This document shows positions 28,801-38,117 of a stretch of 64,000 nt of DNA, in pieces. Origin of the DNA: a virus. A program made the translations under genes and the position numbers. Where the stretch lies: positions 1 to 64,000 of the IMG/VR virus record IMGVR_UViG_3300007619_000129. One strand, 5' to 3'. Numbering within the stretch: the first letter of the stretch is position 1; each line of letters opens with the position of its first letter. The notes under the pieces were generated by a model. It was not told where the DNA came from and searched no databases. It saw nothing but the letters and a program-made list of their open reading frames with translations.

Positions 28801-29380
28801 TTCGGAAATCACCAAATTGTTTTCTGATATCCTCAAACGCTTGCATTAGCTGCGTTCCGCCATGAAAAGAATTGGCAATATCTACAAGTCCATTAAATAT
28901 TTTAATTGGTATAGCCAAAATAGCTTTACCAATACTAAAAACAGTACCAGCCAACTCTCCCGCAAGACCAATAATTGTTTTAAGTGTTTTTCCAATAAAT
29001 CCACCAGTCTCAAACATTCCAGAAGCAAACGCTCCCCACCCAACAGCTAAAGTGCTTGTCTCTCTATTTGCTTGTTCTAATGACTCAACCCAATCAGAAA
29101 TCGTACTAGTCTCAAAAGATTCTCTAATTTTTTCTTCTAATTCTTCGTGAAGATCTTTTTGCTCCTCAATCTTTTCAGTTCCTTCCTGTACCGATTTATT
29201 AAAGTCTCTCGTTTGTTTTGTAGAATCATCAGGAAAATTAATTTTAGAAATTGACTCCCTAATCCGTTCAGCCATATCAGATTGACTCTCAAGCTCTTTA
29301 GTTTGTTTTTCTAAAAGCTTTTGCCTTTCCCTCATTGCCTCATTAATCTGTTGCTGAAGCTTTAGATTGTCTACTGCCAT
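25802..29380 (-). CDS. Tail tape measure protein
   Basis: 1192 aa, helical A/G/K-rich, N-terminal coiled coil, hydrophobic segments, FDNFEDAAESAAKL motif, downstream of tube and chaperone. Confidence 0.85.
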   Translation of the reverse strand: MAVDNLKLQQQINEAMRERQKLLEKQTKELESQSDMAERIRESISKINFPDDSTKQTRDFNKSVQEGTEKIEEQKDLHEELEEKIRESFETSTISDWVESLEQANRETSTLAVGWGAFASGMFETGGFIGKTLKTIIGLAGELAGTVFSIGKAILAIPIKIFNGLVDIANSFHGGTQLMQAFEDIRKQFGDFRTGVSKDVIGASRQLRGSLEGTGLRSYRVFGLLYERLNLVRELMTDMGAVAHQFSGEIYRNAEAVLQFQKGLGMTNEAMGAMAIFANKHFTTLADSQRMVANQSLQMGKRFGIDQKVIARDISEMVLDFKTFGSVGTKQMASLSVFARKLGADFKELLGIVDKFDNFEDAAESAAKLAQSFGLNIDAFEMMKAQDPGERIDMLRKSFFDAGKSIEGMTRQERNLLAQTTGLEGASLEATFAAKNQALSYQEVQNASADAEKSQLSQAEALKGLTNSIERLVKQGNRQGGFFQRFMMGFRKGLFWTRDFWKMIRNIKRSLWAAERAGRRVGRAFAKLFPGVATALEGLKEFFATMKGSRDFMNIGPFQEFVNDFRQLFSDLGDPKLASNALGRFFENLRKSFKMLIGKETTPAGKIVSGFKRIFKAIGSIALQGLRLIMDQFTFWIKKITKVVLDPAPFTDAFMKIFGEAKDGSKTMVGKLIDAIKEALGKSWGALVDATQTLFGILWNKVKKFAIKKWNEITDNQGIWGLIKKGMKFLAFDEVGQIISLILFGPSIIKAVIASGIHMMSKVALGIGSHVLKSKTGSKIGEVVGENMNDGILKKITNSSMAKKITDSFSGIAKKTGGKFLMAGKSIGSLLFRGLTAILGTLGATIASAIGVGLAAYFGTSWLLEATGLDKQIDKLVGWITGQTENLRKNVNDAISKMQAGMPDFISKQASIVKNQELSNALRSKEKDALSGIQSVLNTNIDLSLKDRKIALQAVRFKQDQLKAELSRQIVEREGIKLGRGGKASAEDRIKIEERINEELRKRGTVLMDVNSELKNIAREEEKKKNLESLGKKPVAKGKEFGSEGSGLSDKAKRVADISNSMKTIEGAKFNKEKVVKRIGDVEATINSIAQQVSVFAGDASALEAPVVKGITNMVTIANEVSEQLSNLKALNASVKLRELGKALGMGATEEFTIKQGQIHQHFHINVSMDAKKVADATLETGRVAAGPRMQK

Positions 29381-29433
29381 CTATTATTACACTCGTCTGT
29401 TTACTGTTTATTATCTGTTAAAAATAAAAAATA

Positions 29434-29796
29434 TTACTTAAGGGGCCAGGGTATTCCAAGAACCCTTTCAAATTCTCTTCCCTTAAGTCTTGAAAGGTTT
29501 AGTAAATTCATTACACTTTTTACAGTTGCTCCAGGCTTTTTTAATTCATCCTGAAACCTTCTCGAGGATCTAAGAGCATTCGCAATAGCTGTAACTTCCT
29601 GTTGAGTACCACGAACTCTCAAGTTAGAGGCTTTACCCACCATCCAAGCAGCTAATCCACCTAAAAATATCTTTCCTGTAGTGCTTAATTGAATTCCTTC
29701 TTCAATTAAATTGTTTTTTTTGTCTTTTTTAGATTCTTCTAAAGACTCTTTGCGATCCTCAACCATTAAAAATGGAAATTCACTTGATATGGGCAT
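29434..29796 (-). CDS. Hypothetical tail-module protein
   Basis: AGGAG RBS and late-promoter motif upstream; ends in GIPWPL. Confidence 0.75.
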   Translation of the reverse strand: MPISSEFPFLMVEDRKESLEESKKDKKNNLIEEGIQLSTTGKIFLGGLAAWMVGKASNLRVRGTQQEVTAIANALRSSRRFQDELKKPGATVKSVMNLLNLSRLKGREFERVLGIPWPLK

Positions 29797-29829
29797 TATT
29801 GTTCTCCTACGAAATAAATATGCCTAATG

Positions 29830-30075
29830 TCAAAAGTTAATTTGCTTCATATTTTCATAAATGGGGTTATTTTTTGGTTTTTTGTCAGAATTTTCAGAAT
29901 CGTTATCTTCTGGGTTGTTTTCGTCACTATTTTGTTTTTTTCTTTCTTTCGCTATTCTGTCCAAAAACCATCTTCTCGCATTGATCGGCAATTTATAGGC
30001 TTCTGTATACGAAAAATGTCCATATTCCATTAATAAAAAAATTGGCTCCCAAAATATTTCTTTATTCGGTGGCAT
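29830..30075 (-). CDS. Tail assembly chaperone C-terminal extension (gp51/GT-like)
   Basis: IFLLMEYGHFSYTEAYKLPINARRWFL pattern; overlaps the upstream chaperone in the +1 frame. Confidence 0.65.
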   Translation of the reverse strand: MPPNKEIFWEPIFLLMEYGHFSYTEAYKLPINARRWFLDRIAKERKKQNSDENNPEDNDSENSDKKPKNNPIYENMKQINF

Positions 30076-30913
30076 TTGGATAAAGAAAGTCGATGCCTAA
30101 CGGCATCACAACCTCCTCTACATGAGTACATTCAGGACATTCAACTGATTGTTTCATATCAATACCTGGTTCATTATCTTGCATATATCTTCTAAGTGCA
30201 GAGGAATCCATAGCTCTCATTCTTCTTATCTTCTTTTCTAATTGTATTTTATTCTCAATGTTACCAATTTTTACAATAGAATATCTCAATTTATCAGTTA
30301 CATTTTCTTCTTTTCGGCTTTTTCCAAGGATTTTGCGCATTCTTTCTTTTGCTGTTGATATATCGTCCTGATCTTTAACTGTCAAAAATTTGAAAATAAC
30401 CTTCTCTTTAGAAACAGGAAGTGTATATTCAAATAAATTTTTTCCTACCTCTACGGGACTTATTTTTAATCTTTTAAGTTCCAATTCGTCTAATCTGAAG
30501 GTATGTTCATATATCTCTCCACAAGAAGAACACTCAACTCTTCCAGGATACTCAGAACCATATCCAATAATTCTCAAACCAACCAAAAGAGCATTATGAT
30601 CTCCTGCAATTAAGTCAGCATGATTTACTGTTTTATCTAAAACACAAGAACTAACAAGCTCTTCTAATACTGTTCCTCTTTTCATATATGCTGGATTAGT
30701 AAGAATGTTTTCTTCTTCTGCTGTCATAACTTTTACTGGGAGAGATTCTCTTTTGTGTAATGAAGTGCCAGATTCATATATAACACCATTTGATGGTAAT
30801 GGAATGTCCTCATAAGGAATCTCTTCCTCTTCACTAGTCACTTTATTTACCGGAGGAGATCCGCCAAAAGCTACTGCATTTTTTTCTTGTCGTTCTTCAT
30901 TTTCCATATACAA
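30062..30913 (-). CDS. Baseplate hub / tail assembly chaperone (T4 gp26-like)
   Basis: LPSNGVIY, MTAEEENIL, LIAGD...RIIGYG, CxxC, YTLPVS...FKFLT, C-terminal CPEC...FLYP. Confidence 0.8.
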   Translation of the reverse strand: MYMENEERQEKNAVAFGGSPPVNKVTSEEEEIPYEDIPLPSNGVIYESGTSLHKRESLPVKVMTAEEENILTNPAYMKRGTVLEELVSSCVLDKTVNHADLIAGDHNALLVGLRIIGYGSEYPGRVECSSCGEIYEHTFRLDELELKRLKISPVEVGKNLFEYTLPVSKEKVIFKFLTVKDQDDISTAKERMRKILGKSRKEENVTDKLRYSIVKIGNIENKIQLEKKIRRMRAMDSSALRRYMQDNEPGIDMKQSVECPECTHVEEVVMPLGIDFLYPNATE

Positions 30914-31029
30914 AAATCCTTATTAAACAATAAATTATAGACCTACTATACATTCTATAATATTGAATATAATCTGTTAAATCTTTTACTTTAATGACTC
31001 AACAATTCTAACTATATCAAAAACAAAAA

Positions 31030-31407
31030 TTATGGAATTTCCCATTTTATATAAGATTCTTTCTCTGGTAGTACAATAATCCCCCTCACCATTCCATTTC
31101 CAACATCTTTCATATCAATACTTTCAGGGGATAATCCAATACGAGACCAAGCACCATCCAACAAATTTTTAAGTCCTCTCAAAACGCTGTTTTTTATAGA
31201 GACCTCTCTTCTTCCTGGTAGATGAGCGTCTTTTCTTTGTATTATTATACTATATGTGGCTGGACCCATTTCTTCAAATTTATATATGCTCCAACCATAT
31301 TCATCAATAGCTAAGCCAGATTCGTCAATAGCATTTGATATTTTTTCCTGTAAATTATTCTGTTCTTTTATAACAAACCTAACAATTTTTTTTAGCGTTT
31401 CTCTCAT
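31030..31407 (-). CDS. Hypothetical protein, possibly head-packaged
   Basis: Starts LKKIVRFVIKE; late motif upstream. Confidence 0.65.
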   Translation of the reverse strand: MRETLKKIVRFVIKEQNNLQEKISNAIDESGLAIDEYGWSIYKFEEMGPATYSIIIQRKDAHLPGRREVSIKNSVLRGLKNLLDGAWSRIGLSPESIDMKDVGNGMVRGIIVLPEKESYIKWEIP

Positions 31408-31417
31408 CTTAAAATAA

Positions 31418-31449
31418 ATAATCTCCTTAAATCAATTCAAGGAGATTAT
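31418..31449 (-). terminator. Intrinsic terminator after the tail tube gene
   Basis: 11-bp inverted repeat ATAATCTCCTT/AAGGAGATTAT followed by a T-rich tract on the minus strand. Confidence 0.65.
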
Positions 31450-31465
31450 AGAAACTAAAAATATA

Positions 31466-31954
31466 TTAATATTGCAAAATCCACTTATCGGCTTGGATAA
31501 CTAAAGCAATATCTTGAGCATCACTCGATGAATAGTCTAAATCGTTGAAATTAGCATCTTCGACCCAAGCTCCCCTTCCGTCCCACAGTTCTACAACATT
31601 GCCCATTGGATCAAGCAATTTCATTTGAATATTTCTTTTATAAAAATCGGCATAACCATCTCGTCCCGATACTGCTTCGCTTGTCAACCTTAGCCATTCC
31701 ATCAATTGTTGTGCTCCTGATGGTGAAATAGCATCATACATTGTTACTGATACTGTATCAAAACTCCTTTTTCCAGCGAGCCATCTTTTATCATTGATAT
31801 AATCAATTGTTATTTTTTCATGAGTAATATGTGGCCTTGCTGCTGTTTTCATCAAATAAGCATCAATTCCTTCAATTTGAAAAATCCATCGATATTTTCT
31901 TTTTGGCTCATATCGATTAGCCAACATATCAGTAACTCCAAGTGTTTCAACCAT
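31466..31954 (-). CDS. Tail tube protein (T4 gp19-like)
   Basis: YEPKRKYRW, RP, AGK, MYDAISPSGAQ, YKRNI..KLLDP.G.VVE.W; follows the sheath genes. Confidence 0.92.
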   Translation of the reverse strand: MVETLGVTDMLANRYEPKRKYRWIFQIEGIDAYLMKTAARPHITHEKITIDYINDKRWLAGKRSFDTVSVTMYDAISPSGAQQLMEWLRLTSEAVSGRDGYADFYKRNIQMKLLDPMGNVVELWDGRGAWVEDANFNDLDYSSSDAQDIALVIQADKWILQY

Positions 31955-32016
31955 AATAAAAAACTCCGCTATTATTAACTAACTATCATATAATATAAAA
32001 TATTACCCAAACAAAC

Positions 32017-34983
32017 TTATTGAATTTCAGCTCCTTGATTATTTACAACAAAGTCTAATGAAATAAACTCAAGAGATCTTACCGGTTTAAGTACGATTTG
32101 TCCCCTAATGACATTATTATCAACGTCAGCTTGTGTTGTTGTCTCCGTATTAATCAAAACTCTAAATTTATCAATTCCGGCCTGTTCTTGAATTCTTCTC
32201 AAAATAGGTCTTACTTGATTTGAGAATCTTTCAAGAGTTTCTTCTCTATTTGGCTCAAATAAGAAAGTTCGCCCAACTTCTCGAACCTTTCTTCTAACGT
32301 CCAAAAGCATTCTTCTTACATTAACCTTCTCAAGACTATTAGCTTCTGATAGGAGAGTATTCTGTCCCCAAATTGTAACTCCTGGACCACCTGGAAAAGA
32401 AACTATTGGATTAATATCCGCACTTTGAAGATCGTCCAACTTATCTCTTTTCAAACTTACTGTTGCCCTTTCAACACTTGACAATACTCCACGAGAAAAT
32501 CCGGCTGGAGCGAACCATGGGTGAGATAAAGCATCGTTCAGCGCCATTGCCCCAAGAGCCACAACAGATGGTGGAGCCTGTACTAATGCCCCACTGCTTG
32601 GATCGGTCATTACAACGTCTGGGAAATATGCAGCAGCAAAGCTTGAATCAAGACTTCTTGCCGAATGTGCTGTTACAGTATTGTTGACCGAAACATCCTG
32701 TAAAGAAGAAGTAACAACCGTATTCACTGTATCTTTCTCTTCAACGTCCATTAGATACAAAGCATCAAAACGACCTTCAGCAGTTAAAATAGCTGAATCA
32801 GTTATTACATTATGTCTAATTCCCGGAATGGCCATAAGATTAATGTCAACATCAGAAGTCTCTTCAAGAACCTCAAGAGCCTTTTTATATGTTTTAACTG
32901 TTGGACCATTATTTTGTCCTCTATCTGAAAATGACATTTCTTCTATGATTGCCCTATTGGACATATCTGATTCATTTTTGTTGAAGACATTAACTCCATC
33001 AAAACCACCCTGTAAAAATATACTAAATTTAGCAACAGTTCTAACTGCTGGAACCGACAAATCGGTTGAAACATCAAGACCCCTGGTTTTATTCGCTGCA
33101 TTGGAAGAAATTCCTCCCTGTCTAACATAGGTCCATTGATCAATTGTCTTAACGTCAGCCTTAGTATCAGAACCGGTTACAACCTGAACATTTTCAAGAC
33201 TAAAAGAATTGTTATTAAAAAGATCGGAATCAAGAACAGTTCCATTTGAATCTGCTGTTCCAGCATTATCCCCAACGTGAACATTCCTTAATGAGGTCAT
33301 GAAGTTAGGAAAATATTTAGTATAACTTCTAATGGTTTCGTCAAGCTTTACACTACTATTTGGTTCAGTAAGAGATGTTTTCTGCTGAAATTGAACTCCC
33401 CAATAGAAATTTTTATTTACTACCTGTTTCGGTGAAACCCCAACAGTCAAATTCTCTCTAAGTGGGATTGGATATTCCACTGTCTCCTTCAGTGGAGAAG
33501 CATCACCAGGAGCGGTCATTGGATCTGAACCTGATGTTACAAGATGCCTTGGCCCTCTGAACCCTACTGGAAGTGATTCCTGATCAATATCCGCATTTAC
33601 AACATCGTCCGGTAGTTTTACTCTAATTCTATTAGATTTATTTGGATAACTTCCTTCTTCTACTAGTTTTTGAGATCCTAATGCTTTATCAAAATCAAAA
33701 TAGATATTTTTATCACCAATTATTTTGGCGATAAACCGATCAGATGATGGATTTAATGACAACCCTCTATATTGTTCAAGAACAACTTTTTCGTCATCAT
33801 TATCACCAAAGTCTCTAACTACAACATCAAATTTTCCATATAAATCAGTATCAGATGTTGATGGAGTTACATTTTCAATAGAAACCTTCCACTTGTCGCT
33901 AGATACTGCCCCATCTGATCTGGAAACTAGTTTAAATAAATTTACAGTGGATCCACCAAACTTTTGTGAAGTAATCCAAGGAGTTTCAGCTGCTTGGAAT
34001 CTATCTTCAAAATTTTCATAGTTAGGAACTGTAGTAGTTCCGGCATTTCTTCCAGCTGATCCTGTAGTCAAGAATGCAATTTGCTCTTTACTTTCGGATA
34101 TTAGGTCAGAACTACCAGTTACACCAGCGATTCCTGTACCGGTTAATACCGCCTGTGAAGTGTGAATATCATAATGGGTATATAGTAGATATCCAGCATC
34201 TTGTAATTTTAGCGGATCTTCATTCAAGATATTTGGGAAATAATTTGGTGCAGTAGTGTCAAAACTAGCTGTAATGACATTTGGATAGCTTGGATCAAGT
34301 TCTTTATGTCCATTTAGTAATAAAACAAATTCCTGCTTACCAGCACTAAGGTCTACTGTTCCTGTAATGTGTCCTTTTCCACCACCTGCCACCGCTGCTG
34401 TAGAAGTACTTGGATCAGCTGAATCAACAAAACTTGAAGATAGCCTCAAAACTACCCCTGAAGCTGCCATTAAAACACCCCTTACAATTGGGTGTGGAGA
34501 ATCAATGGCAATGCCTGCATCAGAAAAAACTGTAGAGCCAGCTGATTCCGACATATATGCACCAAGAAAATATGTTCGCCCAAGTGGACCATTTTCCACA
34601 GCATCTGTATTAGAACCAAAATTTCCAGAATCGTTTGGTTGCTCTTCCCCAACAACAAACCCAGCACTTTCTACGCTTCCAATATTGTTGCCTGTTGTTA
34701 GTCTTTTTTCTCCCTTTCCAGCACCAAGAACTCGAAGATACGTTCCAGCAGTTGCGTTGCGTAACCACTCAAACATTGCCAACATTCCGTCTTTAGCGTC
34801 TGTATCTCCAAATACTGAAACAAGATCCTGCACTGAACCAACAGTTACAGGAACAAATGCTGGACCCTGATTAGCAGTACCAATTACGCCCGCTGGGACC
34901 CCAACCGGATCTACATTAGATGGACCGCTCTGATCAATCTCTCTTACGCTTACCCCAGCACTTTGCAATTTTAATTCGACCAT
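32017..34983 (-). CDS. Tail sheath protein, paralog 2
   Basis: GVSVREID, GPAFVP, GGFDG, AAYFPD, PWFAPAGFSRG, INPI, WGQNTL, VNVRRML, LFEPN. Confidence 0.95.
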   Translation of the reverse strand: MVELKLQSAGVSVREIDQSGPSNVDPVGVPAGVIGTANQGPAFVPVTVGSVQDLVSVFGDTDAKDGMLAMFEWLRNATAGTYLRVLGAGKGEKRLTTGNNIGSVESAGFVVGEEQPNDSGNFGSNTDAVENGPLGRTYFLGAYMSESAGSTVFSDAGIAIDSPHPIVRGVLMAASGVVLRLSSSFVDSADPSTSTAAVAGGGKGHITGTVDLSAGKQEFVLLLNGHKELDPSYPNVITASFDTTAPNYFPNILNEDPLKLQDAGYLLYTHYDIHTSQAVLTGTGIAGVTGSSDLISESKEQIAFLTTGSAGRNAGTTTVPNYENFEDRFQAAETPWITSQKFGGSTVNLFKLVSRSDGAVSSDKWKVSIENVTPSTSDTDLYGKFDVVVRDFGDNDDEKVVLEQYRGLSLNPSSDRFIAKIIGDKNIYFDFDKALGSQKLVEEGSYPNKSNRIRVKLPDDVVNADIDQESLPVGFRGPRHLVTSGSDPMTAPGDASPLKETVEYPIPLRENLTVGVSPKQVVNKNFYWGVQFQQKTSLTEPNSSVKLDETIRSYTKYFPNFMTSLRNVHVGDNAGTADSNGTVLDSDLFNNNSFSLENVQVVTGSDTKADVKTIDQWTYVRQGGISSNAANKTRGLDVSTDLSVPAVRTVAKFSIFLQGGFDGVNVFNKNESDMSNRAIIEEMSFSDRGQNNGPTVKTYKKALEVLEETSDVDINLMAIPGIRHNVITDSAILTAEGRFDALYLMDVEEKDTVNTVVTSSLQDVSVNNTVTAHSARSLDSSFAAAYFPDVVMTDPSSGALVQAPPSVVALGAMALNDALSHPWFAPAGFSRGVLSSVERATVSLKRDKLDDLQSADINPIVSFPGGPGVTIWGQNTLLSEANSLEKVNVRRMLLDVRRKVREVGRTFLFEPNREETLERFSNQVRPILRRIQEQAGIDKFRVLINTETTTQADVDNNVIRGQIVLKPVRSLEFISLDFVVNNQGAEIQ

Positions 34984-35001
34984 TCTTGTCTCCTATTACT
35001 C

Positions 35002-35009
35002 ATAAATAT
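35002..35009 (-). promoter_or_regulatory. Putative late promoter ATATTTAT (representative of a TANTTA motif family)
   Basis: Same core found just upstream of about 15 structural genes (see findings). Confidence 0.6.
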
Positions 35010-35023
35010 AACAATCTCTAAAT

Positions 35024-38000
35024 TTACTCATTAAAAGTTACTCCGCTATCATCAATAACGAAATCAATTGAAATCTTTTCAGCTGTTCTTGTTGGAATTA
35101 GTTCAATTATTCCATTCATTTTATTAGCTTCTTCATCTTCTGCTGAATTATTTGAATCATTAGCAATGATATTAAATCCTTCAATTCCAGCCTGAAGTTG
35201 TACAAGAGACAATATCGGAGTAACAATAGAAACAAACCGATCTCTTTGTTCAGAAATTGGTTGTTCAAACACAAGTCTTCTTGCAGCATCACTAACGGTT
35301 CTTTTCACAGCAATTAGTAATCTTCTTACATTAACTCTGTCAAGTGCCGAAGCTGCTTGTTGTAATGTTCTTTGTCCAAAAATAACCTTTATCTGTGGTG
35401 GAAAATTAGCAATTGGATTAATCCGAGCATCATGTAAGGTTGCACGATCATCCTTTTTCAATCTAACATCAATACTTTCCACGAAATCAAGAGAACCACG
35501 ATTAAATCCTGCTGGAGCAAACCATGGGAATCCTACCTTATCATTGAAGGCAATAGCTCCCATAACCCCAACAGAAGGTGGAACTTTTACTGTTCTATTA
35601 TTTACTGAATCCGTGATTATTAGATCAGGAAAATAAGCAGCAGAATAATTGTTGTTTATTGCCCTTGAGTCAAATTGTTCTGCTGTTTTCTCCACATCTG
35701 GCTTATCACTACTAATGTCATAAAGCCTTGTAGTAGAATCGTCATAACCAGCAATATCCATAACATAAAATGCTAATCCATAATCCTTTGTAAGGTCTGC
35801 TACATAATCAGTAATAAAGCTATCTCTAATTCCAGGAATTGCTAATAATTGTACTCCAGGACCATTTCTCAAGTTAGCTGGACTTGTAAATGGATCTGTC
35901 ATTATTTTAGCAGCTGTTCTATAAGCTACAACAGAGTTGTTATTTTTACCGGTTCCGGCTGGATTATTAGACAATCCAGGCGCAGTAAATGCGCTAGCAG
36001 CTGAACCACCAGTGTCACTTGAAGACCCTTTGTCATTCATTCTTGCCGAATTCTTATCAAGAACATTAAGTCCATCCCATCCACCATACATCATATTGGT
36101 AAATTTATTATATGTAGTAAACTTATTGAATTTAGCTGAACCAGTTTCAGCCACTAATGTACCTAACGTTATTCTATTAGTAAGAACTCCGTCCGAAACA
36201 GAGCCAGAGAAATTTGGATTTCCATTTCTAATATAAGCCGCCTCTTTCATATGTGCCTGAGCGGTTCCAGTAATCTCAGAAACAGCAGCATTAGAAAATG
36301 CAACCCTTGCTAAGGTAAATTTATTTTCATTGAATGAATCGACTGTTGAGCCCGTGACAAGTACGTCTAACTTCTCAATACCAGCCAATTTAGCTAGTGA
36401 AGCAACTAATTTGTTTTGTTTCTTTGTTATATTTGGATTAAGTGGAGTAGTATTTCTTTCAAATTTAACTCCCCAATATAATCTACCATCAACCTCTTCT
36501 GATGAACCAGGATTACCAGCAAATCCACTAGTTGAAACTGAACCTCTTGTAACTTTAAATCTAAATGGTACTGGTGGAACAATTGAGCTTGTAAGCCCAA
36601 GTCCGCTTGATCCTACAATTCCAAGCCTTGAATCGCTTGAAGCCAAACTTCCAGTGTCAACATTATCTGGATTAGTTTTTAGAACACTAAGTCCCCTGAA
36701 ACCAAATGGTAAAGCTCTCGCTGGAACTTCCCTTCTTTCTACGGCTTCGTTCATTACAACTCGTACGATTCTTGATTTATTGGAGTATTTTCCTGTAATT
36801 TCAACCCGTCTATCATCTTCATCTTCAGCATCCCAAATATATTGAGCTTTTATGTCTCCAATTTTAGCAGCAACATAATCTTCTGATAATGGGTTTAAAT
36901 TACATCCTGTATATCTTTCAATAATTTCTGGAACTTGATCAGTATCGTCAAATCTACGAATAAGAACAGAAAAAGTTCCATATTCATTATTAGTTTCGTT
37001 TGACATTCTTACATCAGCAATTGAAACCTTCCACTTTTCATTGGTTTCTTCACCATCATCGAGAGCTTCGATGTAAAACAAATCAAATTCGGTATCACCA
37101 AAAGGTTGTGAAATAAAGTTTGTAGTTCTTGATGATCTGTATCTGGTATCAAAATGTCCATAAGCGTCTCTATATGGCATTGTGGTATTACCAGAAGAAT
37201 CAGAAGTGGCAGTAGAACCCGAAACTACCGCTACAGAAATTCCGTTTGTATCTACAGTAGCAATTTGGTTATCTACAGCAAAATCAGCATATAGTAAATG
37301 CTCTTTTGATGGAAAATTTTCTGGATTAGTATTAAGAATCTTTGAAATATAATTTGAACTATCAGGATCAAGGGATGCAGTTAAAACTGTTTGTTTAGCT
37401 GAAGACGAAACAATTAACTTAAATTCATTGTTTGACAATGAAGCTACATCATCAACATTTGATCCCAAGTTAGTTGGAGTGGCTTCATCTCCATTTAATA
37501 TCATTAGTCTTGTACCACTAGCAGTAAGAACTACTGCCCTTACAAGATTAACGAAATCCGAAGCTGAAGTGGCTACAAAACTATCATTATCAGTAAATAA
37601 GGGCATTCCAATTGCTTCATTTGTTGCCAAATCATGTCGAGCAACAATAAATTGGGTCGCACCCTGATGTCTTGGGTCTTGAGTATCAACAGTAGTTCCA
37701 GTAACTACAAAACCAGCATTTTTTACTTGTCCAGTTAGTCTAGTGTTGTTAATATCAGTAACAGTATCGTTTGCACCACCGCCCAATACTCTCATATATG
37801 TTACAGCGCTTTGGTGCTTAAGATATTCGTTTACAGCATATGGTCCTGCTTTTTTTGGATCAAGACCACCAAAAATTTGTTCAAAATCATTAGAAGAACC
37901 AACAATCATCGGAACAAAAGCTGGGCCTTGCTTAGCAGTGCCAATAATTCCGGCTGGGGTGCCTATGGGACCTGGAGTTGGTTGTACCAATACAATTTCT

Positions 38001-38041
38001 CGGTCTCGATATCCTGGCGCTCTAAAAGTTTGTTCAGCCAT
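35024..38041 (-). CDS. Tail sheath protein, paralog 1
   Basis: APGYRDREI, GPAFVP, GGWDG, AAYFPD, PWFAPAGFNRG, INPI, FGQRTL, DRVNVRRLL. Confidence 0.95.
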   Translation of the reverse strand: MAEQTFRAPGYRDREIVLVQPTPGPIGTPAGIIGTAKQGPAFVPMIVGSSNDFEQIFGGLDPKKAGPYAVNEYLKHQSAVTYMRVLGGGANDTVTDINNTRLTGQVKNAGFVVTGTTVDTQDPRHQGATQFIVARHDLATNEAIGMPLFTDNDSFVATSASDFVNLVRAVVLTASGTRLMILNGDEATPTNLGSNVDDVASLSNNEFKLIVSSSAKQTVLTASLDPDSSNYISKILNTNPENFPSKEHLLYADFAVDNQIATVDTNGISVAVVSGSTATSDSSGNTTMPYRDAYGHFDTRYRSSRTTNFISQPFGDTEFDLFYIEALDDGEETNEKWKVSIADVRMSNETNNEYGTFSVLIRRFDDTDQVPEIIERYTGCNLNPLSEDYVAAKIGDIKAQYIWDAEDEDDRRVEITGKYSNKSRIVRVVMNEAVERREVPARALPFGFRGLSVLKTNPDNVDTGSLASSDSRLGIVGSSGLGLTSSIVPPVPFRFKVTRGSVSTSGFAGNPGSSEEVDGRLYWGVKFERNTTPLNPNITKKQNKLVASLAKLAGIEKLDVLVTGSTVDSFNENKFTLARVAFSNAAVSEITGTAQAHMKEAAYIRNGNPNFSGSVSDGVLTNRITLGTLVAETGSAKFNKFTTYNKFTNMMYGGWDGLNVLDKNSARMNDKGSSSDTGGSAASAFTAPGLSNNPAGTGKNNNSVVAYRTAAKIMTDPFTSPANLRNGPGVQLLAIPGIRDSFITDYVADLTKDYGLAFYVMDIAGYDDSTTRLYDISSDKPDVEKTAEQFDSRAINNNYSAAYFPDLIITDSVNNRTVKVPPSVGVMGAIAFNDKVGFPWFAPAGFNRGSLDFVESIDVRLKKDDRATLHDARINPIANFPPQIKVIFGQRTLQQAASALDRVNVRRLLIAVKRTVSDAARRLVFEQPISEQRDRFVSIVTPILSLVQLQAGIEGFNIIANDSNNSAEDEEANKMNGIIELIPTRTAEKISIDFVIDDSGVTFNE

Positions 38042-38117
38042 TAATAATTTCTCCTTGAATTACAAAAAAGTACAGTATTCTTGTAGATAACTATGATGTC
38101 CAAATGATAAAAGCACT

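Noticed and set aside
30914-31029. tRNA or ncRNA in the longer intergenic gaps
   Set aside because: No cloverleaf, T-loop or convincing stem was seen; the gap contains only a late-promoter motif and AT-rich leader
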